Notes: generated by a model from the sequence alone, not told the origin. A stretch of DNA of 64,000 nt from Camelus ferus (GCF_009834535.1 NC_045697.1:25978001-26042000), one strand, 5' to 3'; shown: positions 26,701 to 41,700, counted from the first letter of the stretch. Translations and numbers: made by a program.

Positions 26701-29700
26701 AAATTTTCTGTTCTGAAGATGACAATGCGTGGAGAAATAATGAAAATAACAGAGGACTAACAATTCTACATTATCTATAAAGAAACTGAGTGGCCTACAT
26801 GGGTTATATTTCTTGAAGCACTCTATGTTCCATCACTGTAATATTTACAAATTCCTTAGTGGTTTCCTGCCTCTCCATAGAGACTGGTCAGAGCCCATAT
26901 GGTACAATGCAAGATAGATATTTGATTTTAGTCCCTGCTCCATGGTATACAGTTCCCTAAAGCTCTTGCAATCCCCTGAGTGATAAAAGCCTTTTGTATG
27001 CTGATGAGATAGCTTGTGGCTGAAGGCTACGCAGCTTCAGGATGGGAGCTGGTCACCCTGAGACCAAGATGTGATTAGAGTTGGAACTTTCAACCAGCCC
27101 TACCCTGGGAAAGGGAGAAAGGCTGGTGACTAAGTTAATTACCAATCGCCAAGAATGTCATCAGCCTTGCCTATGAAATGAAACTTCCATAAAACCCCCT
27201 ATACAACAGGGTTCAAAAAGCTTTCAAGTTGATGAACACACTGAGGGGCTGGCAGGGTGGTGCACCCAGGGAGAACTTGGAAGCCCTGTACCACGAGTCC
27301 CTCTTATAACAAGCTGGTAGTAATAATTGAACTGCTTTCCTGAGTTCTGTGAGCCATCCTAGTAAATCATCAAACCTGGGGGAGAGAGGGTAATGGGCAC
27401 CCCAATTTGTATCTAAGCTGGACAGAAGGATGGGTAACCTGAGGACCCAACAGGTGTGACTGGTGCATGAAATGAGTACAACCTTGTGGGACCTAGCCTT
27501 TAAACCTGTGGGGTCTGCTACTCCCTCTGGGTGGTGGAATAACAGTGAATTTAAGACACCCAGTTGGTGCCCGGACAGTTGGTGAATTGCTGGTATGAAG
27601 AAAAACGGCACATATCTGGAGCAATATGAAGCATTATAAGTAAAAACAGCTTAGGCAATGTCTACATTTTCTACTGAGGCTTGAATCTCCATCTGTGTAA
27701 ATAAAGCTTGTTTTCTTTCTTAAAATTTGAGCCAGTAAGCCTGTTTTAACAGATAAAATAAGTACCAGATTTGGTAGTATTTCTGAAATTGCTAAGTACT
27801 TCTTGGTCCTTCCAAAGCCCTCTGACAATTGCCTCTGACCAGCTGATGGCATGCTGATTATTTGTGGCAAATGAATTAATGTGGTTGAACTCAACAGACA
27901 CTGATTATGGCTCCTGTGTACACTAAAGCTATGGAGTCATTGTAGATAATTAACATGTATGAAGAACATACCGTAAGTTTTGTGTTTCAGCATCATAATA
28001 AAGCAATGACTAGGATGCCCGTAATACAAAATATGTATCATTAAGTTCTGTGAGATCAGCTAAATTCAGCATCATTTTAAGCTGGAGTTCCTTTTAGGAA
28101 ACCATGGAGCAATTGTAATTAGGTCATTGTGATCTTAAAGGAGACACTGTATTTGATTAGGCTAAAAGTGGGTAAAATAACAACACAGCTTAAAGACAAT
28201 GTAATATCCCTTTTCATTTTATTCCTTCAAAATGAAGTATTTTTCCATATATTTGTAGATCAAAAAATTAACATACTCACCAAGCCCACTAAGAAAAAGA
28301 AATACTACAAAAAGAAACCTCAGATCTCATGAAATTAGTATCTTTACAGACTGCATGATTATTCAAGTCACTTTTACAAGGAGCTTTTACGTACTGGCTA
28401 ATAAATTACAGGACATAAAAAAGAACATAATTTTATTAAGTGTCCTATAAGAAATAACATCACCACTGGCAATGTAGGAGTGGATCACCCGAGCTTTCCT
28501 GCAGTAGTACAAACACAAAACGTTTAAATATAACTTACCTAAAACTCCTGTAGGGAGTGATTATTTCAAAAGACTGTTTCACGGTTCGGTCCACTTGCTT
28601 TACATTTGCTACATTCATAGGAATTATGGTAATACCAAGTCCACTCTTAAAATCCTAGTTTGGAGAAAAAAGAATTATGAAGAAACAAAAATATGGATTT
28701 TGAAAGTACAATTACATTCTCTAAAATCTAATAAATCCTATTAAATTTTCTACTGTATTTATGGAATTCATTCATTAAAAAATGAATTGAGAGTGACTTT
28801 CTTATTTTAGGTAGTCATTTTCAACATATGATAACACGGTAGCATTTGAAGCCTGACAGTCAGGCTATTAATAAGGGATGAGTTTTTTTTCACATGAAAC
28901 ACAGGCTGACTAGGGCGAGATCGTGAACTCCACATGCCTTTTGTTTAAAAGTTAGGCACGTTTTCACCTTTAGCCACTCAGTAAAGGGAACTAATAGTGA
29001 ACTAACCCTTACCATGTGCACAGCAGGTTTCTAGGTGGTGGAGCCAAATGACACTTCGAGGTTGGCATAGTTGCTATTTATATGAAAAGAAGGGGAAACC
29101 AAGGCTCAAAGGAGTACAGTAGCGTGGAAAGAACAGCTGGCCGTACAGGGGAGGAAGGGGCTGAGACGCAAGCCGGCAGACCGCTCGCTCTTTGTCTTAG
29201 TACGCGGTGTCACCTCTGCTGTCACGTGATTTTTCTCATTTGCTCTCAAACAAAAGCCTTACTTGTTTTACAATTTTATCTCATTGCCACCATTTTGTTA
29301 CTTTCCTCTTCCTTCAATTAGATTCATAGGAAGCTCCTCTAATGCTATTTTCGTATGAAAATTGTTCAACAGCCACCGTGTTCAGCTTGTGTCACCAAAA
29401 TTAGAGACTGTTCCGAAGGCTACAAAGCCTGCCTTCGGAAAGCACTAAAGTTTGCAATGTATTATCTAGTCATAACGGTTTTGGAATTTGATTTATCAAT
29501 CTCACACCTTAAAGTATACCTATTTTGTAGCTCAAAAAATGAATTATGTAGGTGAACAAGTTCAGTGTGCTCTGAATTCCTAAATTATGATTGGGAAAAA
29601 GTAGCCATACTACAGATCATTGCACAAAATATCGGTCCACTTTTGGTAAGGACCCTTCAGGCAAAAACAATTCACAGGCCTTCTTCTCTTTGTCTCCCCT

Positions 29701-32700
29701 GTTGTAGAGGCTAAAAGTACAAGTTCTATTTTCCCATCTCCCTTGTAGCTAGGAGGGGCCATATGTCATAGTTTTGGTCAATAAAATATAAACAGTTCCC
29801 AGCCTAGGGGTCAGGAGGTTGGTGGGAGGCTATGGAGGGACAAATCTGGGGAGAAAGACTTCCACCCTTGGCCTTTCCATCTTCCTGGGAAATCACATCT
29901 AGAAACACAGAAGCCATTTTAGAACATAAGGATCCTTGAGACGAAAAGCCTGAGGACAAATTCTTGCACTCTAAGGATGCCAGAGTGAGAAAAAAAAAAA
30001 AGAAGAATCTTGTTCCATGGTGGTATCAACTCCCCATGAGTGATACCAAGAGATCTTGTTAAAACAAATAACTCCCTATCTATGTAAGTTAGCCTTCAGG
30101 TTTTTGTCATTTGATACTAGTGTATTTCTGACTGATAAAATAAGTGGAATAAAACAATGTTATAACAAATTTCCCCCACTTGTAAAGAGTTTCCGGGCAC
30201 AAATTGCAGAAAAAGTTCACTTAATTTTTTTAAAAATGTGCAAGGTTTTTGTTGAGATGAGGAAATGATCCATATATAAAATAAATCAATTGAATACGAT
30301 TTTTTTCTGATGAAAGGACAAATGGCTCATTTTGTTAGAAGGAACAAGCCAGAAACTGAGTCAGTGATAGAAAAGATACAGAGACATGCTAAGTGGTGTG
30401 AAATACTTAGAAGAATGTGATACACTTTCACTTTGTATCATAAGCCCCACTTAACAAAAAATAGTACTTAGGGTGCTCTATATTCCAATCCACCCCATTT
30501 TATTAAGTTTTAGCAGTGGTATAGTGTTAGACTTATAATTATTAAATTAAATTAAATAAATTCTCCATTATCCATACCAATGCTCCTGCTGGATAACGCA
30601 ACTGTTGGAGAAACTCCGAAAGCATGTCATTGGAAACTCAAATTCTCCCTTAAAAATGAGGAAATAAAGCAGGGGTAGCAAGGTAAGATTTTTTAAAAAC
30701 AGCTTTCTGATGGCCCAGCTTGATACAAGGGTACCTGGAGAATAAAACAGTTACCCTGCATCTCCTTCAAACAACCCTCCGGGGCGAAGCTTCTGACAAG
30801 AGCTGGGTATTGGATTACGCCCGGTTGTTGCTCTCTGATGGGGCCTGGCCTGCAGATGCTGTGTGTTACTCCGGGCGGAGACACATGCTCAGACCATCAG
30901 ACTAGCAGGGGGGTGGACTGACAACCTTTATGGAAACTTATGACCCTCATCATGGCTCCGGCCCGAATAGATGGTGCTTCACTTCTACAAGAAGGTGTGC
31001 AAAATCTACTTAAAAGCTGCAACTTCCGTTAAAAATAAAATAAGTCAGGGTTGGCTCAAGGCCCCAGATTTCTCCCAAGCAAGGCAAGGATGATTTTTCA
31101 GCCTGGAAAGAGAAAACTTTAACCCATTCATCAGCTGCTTGCCATGGCCATGTGGTTTTGGGTAATTAGAGTAGCCACTGAACTCACCGGCATAAATGGA
31201 CTGTAAAATGTACAGCAGAGTAACAAAATAAACGTCAGTGCTCTCGAGAGCTATCAAATATGAAACAACTGCATTTCTGATTGAAAATATTTGTGGTGAC
31301 AGTACGCCATCTTTCCAGACAGCATTTAGAACAGATGTAGAATACAGCTTAGTCCTAGATGCCCATCAAAGTCACCTGTGTTAATCTCACCCTGCCACCC
31401 CGAGACTCCGATTCCATGAATCAGAGGGCAGAGCCTAGGAATTTTCAGTTAAAAACAACTGCAACCCTATGATTCTCATATGTAGCAAATACTGAGAAAC
31501 ACTGAATTAGATAGGAGAACCAGCTGCAGGCTCTAAACAGTATGAGTCTGCAGCGTTTAAATATCGGGATATAAACATTTCCCTCTGCCTTCTGCAGAGC
31601 AAAACAAGCACGTAATCAGATTATGCAAGACCCACGTGAAATTATTAGGACTGCTGGCTAAGACTGGCTGGTCAGAACACAGTGACACACCGGGCTGTCA
31701 AGAAACTATCTGTCCTAGGTGCCAACCCTTGTGCCAGCGTCCAGAGGCTTTAAAACCACCGTTCTTCCTCAAGCATATACACTGCGTAACTGATTTAATA
31801 TCTGTGTAGTGCTCTGAAGCTTACAAACAGCCATGATCTCTCATTTGATTCTCAGAACAATTCTTTGAAGAAGGCAGAGCAGATACAGCCATTTTCAAAA
31901 TGAGAAAATTTGTCCTGGAGAAAACCATGTTTAGTAAGTACGAAGCAAGTGCCCCAAATTATGCTAGGTCCTGGGTCTGCACAGAAGCAGGGCACTCACC
32001 TTGGGGAAGCGTACAGTCTAAGTAGGGAATGAGACAGGACTGTAATAAGTGCAACAGAAGGAAAATGCATGGTGTAGGGTAAGCACCGAAACAACCCGGA
32101 GACTTGTGTTCATGTGCCACTTTGCGAAGAACGCAAGGGACACTTGACCGGACAGACAACAAAACCCAGACCAGCCTGATCAGGACTACCTCTCTCTCTG
32201 GCTTCAGTTCACCTGTCTGCAGAATGAGGGTAACAGTAGTACGGACTGCATCAGTGTGTGTGAATTAAGTTAATACCTAAAATACACTTAGAGGAATGCC
32301 TGGGGCAGTAAGCACTGCATCGGCCCCGCAGCTTTTGTTATTACTATTATTTTGTACCTCTTGAACTTGAAGCCAACCGAACGTTATTACCTACTAAAAG
32401 GTTAATTACAAGAAAATGCGTGCTTAAAAAATAACCTGCAGGCACATAGACATTTTTAACAACGGAATGGAATGTGAATGTTAGACTTTCAAGAAAATTT
32501 AAAATAACCACCTATTAACCACAGTCTGATTGTGAGCATTATTCTCATTTTGAAAAATAGGCACAAGTCAGGGACATGCCCAACTTCAACATTTAAAATG
32601 CTATAAACTGGACTGAAAAAACAATGAGCATAGAAATTCAGTGGGTAGAAATATATTATAGAAAGCATAAAGCTAAAAACAGATTCTGGAGTAAACTATA

Positions 32701-35700
32701 TTTTACAGTTGGTCTGCTGTCACACAGGGTGGGCTCTCAAAGAGCATCAATGGCCACGCGTGGCAGAACAGACTTGATCCTGCAAAGGTGGTAATGAAGA
32801 CGTGGGCACTGGGAGTCAGAACTAGGCGGGAATCTTGGCTGACCCGTTTACTGGCTGTATGACTACTGACAAGTTCCTTAATTCATCTGGACCTCACTGA
32901 TGAAACGGCAGAAATATAACACTGCTATAAAAACTAAACAAACAAATACAAGTTGAGGGAGGGTCTAATACATTCAGACAATCCTCTCATTTGAGGGTTC
33001 CAAATACAGAATTTGTCTTCAATGAGGATATTTTCATTTTATTTACAGTGACTGAAAGTAGTCACACCAATGATTCCATACTCAACATTCAGATTGGAAT
33101 TAATGGCAAATATTTACCAAGACACTGAAATGGGTTATTTGTACGAATTTGGAGCAACAGAGCCTGGCAAAAGCCACAGTTTAGAACTAGAAAGTGAAGG
33201 AACAAAATCAAAGTTTGATTCCTAAGAAGAAAAATTAAAGAAGGGTTTGTTAACCACAAATTTGCTGCAATCTCAAACCTATTTTTGGAAATACCAGATG
33301 CCAGGTTTCCATTCCAGGATTTTAAGAACTTGGTGCTTAGACATTTGTGGAAAACAGATGTGGCATTGTATGACATTGGCACCAGATTTCCGGGGCAACA
33401 CCAGATGCAGAGTTTGGCCAGATACAGAACCCAGAGAATCTGAGGCCACCACCTACATCCTGCTGCTTCTTTCTGCACCACACAACCCAGAGCTCTATGA
33501 GGTCTATTTACATTCTATTAGAGTCTCATTCCCATGCCAGACACCAGGGAACATTATGCTGGGGGAATGAGTCTCTTGTTGTACGCTGATTTGAGAAATG
33601 TTTAATCAAGTGAATGCAGTTAAAACCTCAATGCCTCAATTATCATTAAATGGATACACAAACCTACCAAGCAAGACATCTGGTTGTAATGAATTCCCTA
33701 ATATTAACATGATATTCAAAAACTCATCAGGAAAAGATGTGAGACGGGCTGTCAGGACAATATAACAAATGGAAACCAAAGTCAATTATCTTAAATTTGC
33801 CTCGTATCTCTTTGCAGAAAGTCCATTCCAGTAGCAATACTGTATATATAAAACACTGCATATACTTTGGTGTGTGTTCATATTTTATAACCTCCAATAA
33901 AATTTTTAAAATACTAGCTTATACCATAGCCACATCATTTTGAGAAAAATAAATGTATAAAATCATTATTTTTCTAGAATACAGAAAGTCTATAAGCTTT
34001 GAACTGATTTAAAAAGTTATTTCTATAAACAAAATTTCTATGTGACAAAAATTAACAGAAAAATGAAAAATAAGTGACAGCTTAGAAAACCAGCTGTAGA
34101 AAATATGACATGAAGATTAACATCTATATTACGTGAAAAGCTTAAAGAAATTGTCAGAAATGACAATAAAATCCCAGTAAATAAATACGAAAAAAATGAA
34201 GATAGACTCCATAAAGAGAAAGCAGTATTAAAAGAATTTTTATTCATATATAAACTCTCTACTCATGAAAACAGCTATAAATGACCATTAATTCAACAAT
34301 TTCATTCTAGAAATGTTTACTGAGTGTCAGCTACTTTCCTCGAACTCCGAATGGCAGAGCAGTGAATAAAGTAAATCACCACAGCCTTAATTTGGGAATA
34401 TAAAAATTATAATGCTTTTAAGGTTAAAATGAAACTGATGTCTATTCATGTACCTAACAGAACTTTCAATGTAAACAATTCTTTAGAAATGGGTTACAAG
34501 AACTCTTGTCCAAAAAGATCATCAAAATGAAAGCGAAGGCTACAAACAGAAGGCTATCAGAAATCTCTCTCATTTATTTATCACTGTGTGTTACCCCCAA
34601 TGGAAGGTAAGATCTTAAAGAACAGTAACCCTTTGCGTTACCACTGTGCCCCAAATGCCTAGAGCAGTGCTCACGAATGAAGAGATGCCCAACAAACACT
34701 TATAACATGGATAAATAAAAGTGAATCTTTGAACTGAGCAACTAACAAAACGAAAAGTCCATGTTAATTGCATAGAGCGTGGAGTTGGCAGTGAACTCTG
34801 GAGGGAATGTGCAGACTGGCGTTCTCCTGGCTAACATCATGCCACTTCCCTTAAGAAATAAAGAAGTTATTGGCTTTGTTATGACAGTCTATTCTAATAC
34901 CTATTTTAATTTAAAGAAATGTATAGGCTCTTGACTCAGAAGAGGTAGATCCAGAAAACGTGAAAGAATCACTGAAAATATATCTGTACGCATGTTTGAC
35001 ATGGAATCTTAAGGATACCTATTGGAAGCAGAGGAAAAGCTCTAGGAAAGATTAATAATAATCCACAAAATTAGAGTAAATTTCCAGACATAGGCACAGA
35101 GTTAAAGGAACTTATGGGAAATAACGATGGTTTCAAATTGTTTTTCAAACACTTTCTTTTATGCTGACTTTGCAGACAGAGTTTTAATTTCTCCAATAGA
35201 TCATACTCTGGTAATAAAAGTCTGTATTAAGAAAAAAGAATTAAACAGTTTTCATATAATTTATAAGCTGAAAAATTAAAGTTTTATACAAAAATTGAGC
35301 TTATAGCCAAAAAATAAAAATAAAAACAAATCAGTAGCTATAGTTTAGAACCAACACTATCCACTGTCTACTCTCTCTGGAGTGACTTCCAAAATAAATT
35401 AGTATTTAACTATATATAAATAGAAGCAAAAAAAAAAAAGAAAATAGTTTATATGTCGAGGGGGATTGTAGGTCAATTTTATTTTTCATTCTATGTATAC
35501 TGTAAGTTATATAGGCAATAACATTGCTGTTTTAAATATTTTTTAATTAAAGTTTGATGCATGGACTTAAATTAGGTCCAATACAAATTAAGATATAGAG
35601 ATTCAAATCTAACACTTCTGTCAGTTAAAAAAAACATAAGATTACTCCATGTATTGTGTATATAAAATTTTTAGAAGTTACATCTAACTATTTTACTATC

Positions 35701-38700
35701 TTTGAGTGCTTTTCCTAAAACACTAGCTTAAAGCCCTCTGCATTCAGGAGAAGGGACTCACTGTGCTTGTTACCCAAGTTCTCCACACAATCTGGTCAGG
35801 CACGTGAGAATGAGCAACCTTGCTCTGGAAAGAAAGACGTACACCAGGATGTAAAAACAGATGAAACTGGAATGGTATGTCAGGGCCTACGTATAAAGGG
35901 TCTTCCTTAATTTACCCACCCAGTCTTAGGCCAACTAGTTCCTTAAGGTTTGACTCAAGACCAAGTCCCTTAAGACCTGGCTCCATATACTATGATTCAA
36001 TTTTTTTTTTTTAAAGACCGCATATACAAACAATAGAATGCACTTTTTAAGAATATATACAGGAGTGCTAATGCATTAAAAAAAACTTGAAATATATATT
36101 TATCAAAAATAGGCTGACCTCTCAAAAGGGGTCCAGCATGAATGCTTTAATTTTTAAGGAGGTGATACTCATTCCTTGTATATGGAAGTGTTTCAAATTC
36201 CCAGACTTCATTAGATGCCCTGTTTTGCCCTTCTCAGTAACTTCTGCACAAGTCTAATAAAGCACTGAGCTCACCAGGCAGCATAAATGCTGGTGCTGCC
36301 TGACTTTTCCTCCTGGAAGGTAAAACTTGCATCCTCCTCTGCAAGCACATCATTTTTAGAAGGTCTGACATGGGATACAGTGTTTACTGAAGGCACACTC
36401 CAGCCTCCTAGGAAACTAAGTTATTCAAGGGAAGATTTCTTAGGCTATTTCTAAAAGGTCACAAGTCAGAAATTTTCTTTTCAACATAGACTTTAAAAAG
36501 ACAGTTTGCTGTAGCAGCTAAGAAGCTAGGCTTAAGCTTATAAAGTTCTGGTTTTAAAGTAAACTCTGCATGATGAACTATAATCCTTAAACAAGTTACT
36601 TAATCCTCATTCTCCCCGTCTATGAAACATGGATGAGAATATCTTCCTCTTACATTTGTGGGAAAGATTAAAAGGGAATGTTTATAAATTCATCAGCACA
36701 GTACCTGGTACTCAACAAACGGTAGTCATTACTATGCTTTTTATGCTCAATTATTAATATTAAAGCAAGAATTTCATGTAACTTTTTGCTAGCCAGAACG
36801 TATAAATAAAACTTTAAAAATTTCTACTTCACTTTTAGGGAATAACATAAACTCAGACAATCCAGCTAATGTAAGCAATGAACCTAATAATTTGAAGTTC
36901 ATCAGGTCTGCCTAAGTAAAAAATGAATACCTCAATTAATCTGGCAGAGTAACTTCCATTCTGATACATGCAAATTATGCATTTTTAACCTTATTCCAAT
37001 TAAAAGAAAGTTTTAATCACCTTGCTTCAGAGACTGAAAATGTTCATATTCAGCTCAGACACATGATTAAGCTGTAAATCACTACTCTTCCTGAGGAAGA
37101 TGCTAACTATCCAAGTTATTAATATGCCAACAGTGCTCAATGACGTCTCCCATAGTTAATTGGCCAAGAAATCTTATCCCCAAAATGTAATGAGTAAGTT
37201 CACACTGAAGTTCACTGGATGCCTTGGATAAAGATCTACAGTTAATTTTTTGGAAACTCCTGTTTGTTTCGAGTTGCTATCTCTATTTTTTGTTATGAAA
37301 ACAGCCGGCATTTCCATTTCACCTTATCGTAATCCATTATAATTTAAAAACAAATGAGTTCATCTTAGATCAGATGTCCAAAACACACTGCTTAATTCCA
37401 CAAATAATGACTAAGCATCTAATGTATTCTAGGCTGACAGATTAAGCAAGAATTCATTCCTAAAAGGGGATAAGAAAATAATTTTCTTATACATATTAAA
37501 AGCCAGATACGGTAGAGAAAAAGAAGCCTACAGAATCACATGAAGTTACAGGATTTGTTAAAAACTTTAACGTCAGTCTCCTCAAACCATTTAAATTCTC
37601 TACTGAATCCTCTGATGTCAACCGAATTCAACGTCCCAACAAGTCCTTCTTATTTATATATGTGATATGTGCATGTATGCATGTGCATATGTGCGTATGT
37701 GTGTACACCAATCATTTGCCTCTAGTAAATGATCTCCTTTGCAGTCAACATACCTGCTCAAAAACAAAAACAAAAAACAAAACACCCAAAAAACCAAAAT
37801 CAAATAAAAAAAACAGGACCCCCCACCTCGCCCCAAACCCAGTAAACTCAAGAAATGGGACTTGTGCCTACTCTAGTTTCATCACAAAAGCAAAAGAAAT
37901 GCAACAGGTGCAGAACTAGACCTATTTCATCAACAGCTTAACAGTTAATTGGTTCTTAATTATGCTCTCGTGTAGTTTTGCAACGTTCCTTCATCTAAAG
38001 GATACTTTTCAAAACTTAATTTCCATTGATTCTATTTCCTTAGTTCCTTAAAGAAGGTGATGTCCAGTCTCCAATTTGATGTAGATTACCTACCTGCTGC
38101 AGGTGGAACGGAGCCAATGCAACAAAGCAACTCTGTCGCATTTGGAGTATACAAGGCAAAAGCCAGACTCCATGAGTGAAAACATTAACAAGCCTAACAA
38201 ACAAAGCACAGCTGCTCATGTAGTTTGTAAGGTTTGTAATACAAGGAACCACAATCTGCAATTAGTCCAGCATAGATCACCTGTTCGTTTTTGCAAAGCC
38301 ACACGCTGTTTCCACTTAATACAGTAAAAATTTTAGCTTTATAGCCTCTCAGTTCAAGATATCCACATTTCTCAGGCGCAGCAACTGCTGGAGACTGGGA
38401 GGAAAGGGACTGTAATTTCAGGGCATTTAACAGTAGGCTGATCCAGTCATTTCTCTCCTCTGAAAATAAAGACAAGAGAAGGCACAGAGATCCATAGTTA
38501 GTAAGTTATAAAGACACAGCCATGTGGAAAGAGATCAACTTTCTTTGCAACAGATAATTTATAGATTCTTTCCCAGAACCACAACCTAAATGCTACTGTC
38601 AGCAGGGCTAATGGCCTAGTTCTGTTAGGGAAAAGAACTCACTCTTACTAGTCCTCCCTCAGTATCCACAGGAGACTGGTTCCAGGGCTGTCGTGGATGC

Positions 38701-41700
38701 CAGAATCTCCAGATGCTCAAGTCCCTTACAGTCAGCCCTCTGCACCCCCAGATTCACCAACCATGGGTTCTACCCACCATGGGTTAAAAATACCCTTGTG
38801 TGCAGAACCAGAAGGTATGTACTGGTTACAGGACTCCGTTGTCCTGCAACCAGTACCACTGGCTTCACCTGAGAGCTGAGCAGAAACATACAATCCCAGG
38901 CCCCGCTCCAGACCTAACGAATCAGAATCTTCTCCAGATGATGCGTATCCATGTTAACATCTAAGCAGCATTCTTTTACATTATTCATGACACTGGATTG
39001 TCTCTCTTAATATATGAGAGTAATATGGCTACGGAACAGCTAACAGATCGTACCCAGCAATGCAGTTACTAAAATACCCAGAAAAGCTTACTTTCTACAG
39101 GTACTTGGAACCTACTCAAGGAGGTGCTTGCCGTGCGAGTCACTCACCCGTCACTGACAGCAGCATCTCATCTATTAAATTAAAACTCAGTTCTCTCACT
39201 CCTTCCACAAAAACTAAGTGACCTTCAACTATATACAACACACCGTGTTACGGGCCTTGGAATTCGATCTAGTCCCCAGAGAGCAATCAAAGCTGTAAGT
39301 CAAGTTAGATGTGAACACATAAGGGAACACAGAATACTATAAATGTCATATAAATGGTGTCCAATAATATATGAGTCAATTCAGTGGAGGTAAGTGGTTT
39401 GCTGAAGGTCATATAGCAAGTTAGTATTAAAATTAGGGGAAACAAATGTTTTAACTCTCGGCACTTTGAGGGAAAAAAAGGACGTCTGTGCTAGGTCTTG
39501 ACAATGAGGAGCAATTTCAAAGACAAAACTGGAGTCTGGGGGAAGGAGGTATAAAACAGTGTCTAAGCAGGGGAAACACAAGAACAAAAGCAGAGACAGC
39601 CAACGTCTGCTCAGGGACGAATTTATAGATGAATATATTTATAATTTTGAACTCATAGAGAAATAGTGGGAAAATACAGCTATAGAACCTACAGGGCCCT
39701 AGTAAGGAGTCTGGTCGTTATTATGGAGGCCGAGGAGAAGCATCTGACAATTCTGAGCAAGAAAAGGGCATGATTAGGATGATGACAGACCAAACCGGAA
39801 GCTTAGGGGTCAGCACAAAGGCAACAGAGACTTAAAGTACAATGAAAATGGAAAGAAAAGAACCTCCGAGGGGTTAAGACATTCAGCAGAGTAAAATAGC
39901 TGAGGTTTTAAATATGTTTGACCGCTGTTCTCAAAAAAAAAAAAAAAAATTACTCAGAAGAAAAGGTAGCTTGGAATCATGAACTGACCACAGAAGGTAG
40001 GAGGGTCTCTATTTTAGTTACAGAACCACCTTGGGTTTTCGGTGCCCTGGTGCGAGCATCTAGGCAGACTGGTAGCAGTATGTGAATGAAGGTCGTCTAC
40101 ACAAGACTCTTGATAGTGGATAAACGTTTAACGTAAAAGGAGAAGACGCGGTGCCTGCTGGAGGTATAACCAATTCTAGGAGGCTTGAAGATGGGCCAGA
40201 AAAAAGAAAAATGGAGACACAGTTATCAAGGTAAAAACCAATAAAACAGACTGAATTCCAGGGAGGAGAATTTTTTGAGAAGGAGAGAGTAAGCAGGCCT
40301 CAAGCTTGGGAAACTGGCCAGTATCTCAGATCCTTCTAAGACAGGTCTGCTCAGAGGTCATGTCATTGTGGACGGACATAAGTCTCCAGACTAGACTTGC
40401 TTACATTCAAAGATGGATCCAGAGTTATGTTATAGTACAAGTCTTAATTTTTAAATTATCTTCACTCTTGTTCACCTTCAAAACTACTAAAATCAGTTAG
40501 TTGTGTCTTTAACGACCACAAGTATTCACTAAAAACTCATTCAACAACATTTGATGGCAGGTATTACGTGATCCCCAAATAACAGTGCTTGTTCCTCTAT
40601 ATCAGAACGAAATATTTCTCCAACTTCCCCAGCATCATTATGAGCTAAAAGGTGAAATATTCAGGTAAATAAGCCAATGTCGATGCACAGCAGCAACCCT
40701 ACATTTCGCATCTGCATAGACAGACTGCGCTGTGGTAACTCATTACTTTCAGTAACAGCAACAGACCTTCCACTTCACTTGATGATTGCTTGTGATCATT
40801 AAATACACACACGATATTCCTGCCAAGGAAATGGTACACGATGTTTTTTGTTTGTTTGCTTATGTTAATCCACATAAATCACTGACTTTGAAAAGTAGGT
40901 CATAATTTAATGAACTGGGCCAAAGTGATTGTGGTTTCCAGACTACTATTAGCGTAGGTATCCCAGTTTCCCAGGAAATAATTTGAAACTGGCAATTGCA
41001 TTAACTGTTGGACTCAGGTGTATAATGGCTGCATCTCAACAAATGGTTCCCTTATCGCCTAAAAGAATTGTCTAGCTCCTGAGGGCCTCATTTACTAATA
41101 GGAAGTAAACAGTCATGCAGAAGAACAGGACTGTACAGTAACACTCAGTTTATATTTAATTACCCAAGCCAGAGGAGATAAACAGTGATACAGACAATTC
41201 AAACACAATAAAAGAGATTACAAGTGTCATTGGTATTTGGCTGTGCCAAGTGCGCACATTGGCCACAGGGAACATACTTTGGTAAGTCACAATATTCCAA
41301 AGCAAATAGTGACTTTCCCCTGGGCAAAGGCAAAGCCAGATACTAGGCTGGCTTCTGCCTGCTCTTCATGCCAAGGTACTTTTATTCCTTCCAATAACAA
41401 ATATTTATTGAGCACCTGTCTTGATCTAAGCACTGTTCCTTCGGAGAATGTGCTCTGACCTAGATATGCCTTTGCTCAGAGTAGAGCTTTCCAGGTTGGA
41501 AAAAGAAAAAAGGGAAGAGGGGAAACAAAATCGCCACTTTCTTGTGATTATGCTAGAATGTAAATAAAAGACAGCAGCCTTACCCTCAGCCTCAGCTTAG
41601 CTCTTGAGGTTTTCAGGAATGCCAACTTACAGTGCGCAAATCAAAACAGCTGTTAAAAAATCATTGACAGGAAAGACTCACTATGCTCTGGACCACAGGA

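Noticed and set aside
27213-27611. 132-aa ORF
   Set aside because: Entirely within the MER21 LTR
33089-33570. Overlapping ORFs of 130 aa (-) and 107 aa (+)
   Set aside because: No recognisable domain or paired splice signals; probably chance or an unrecognised ancient repeat
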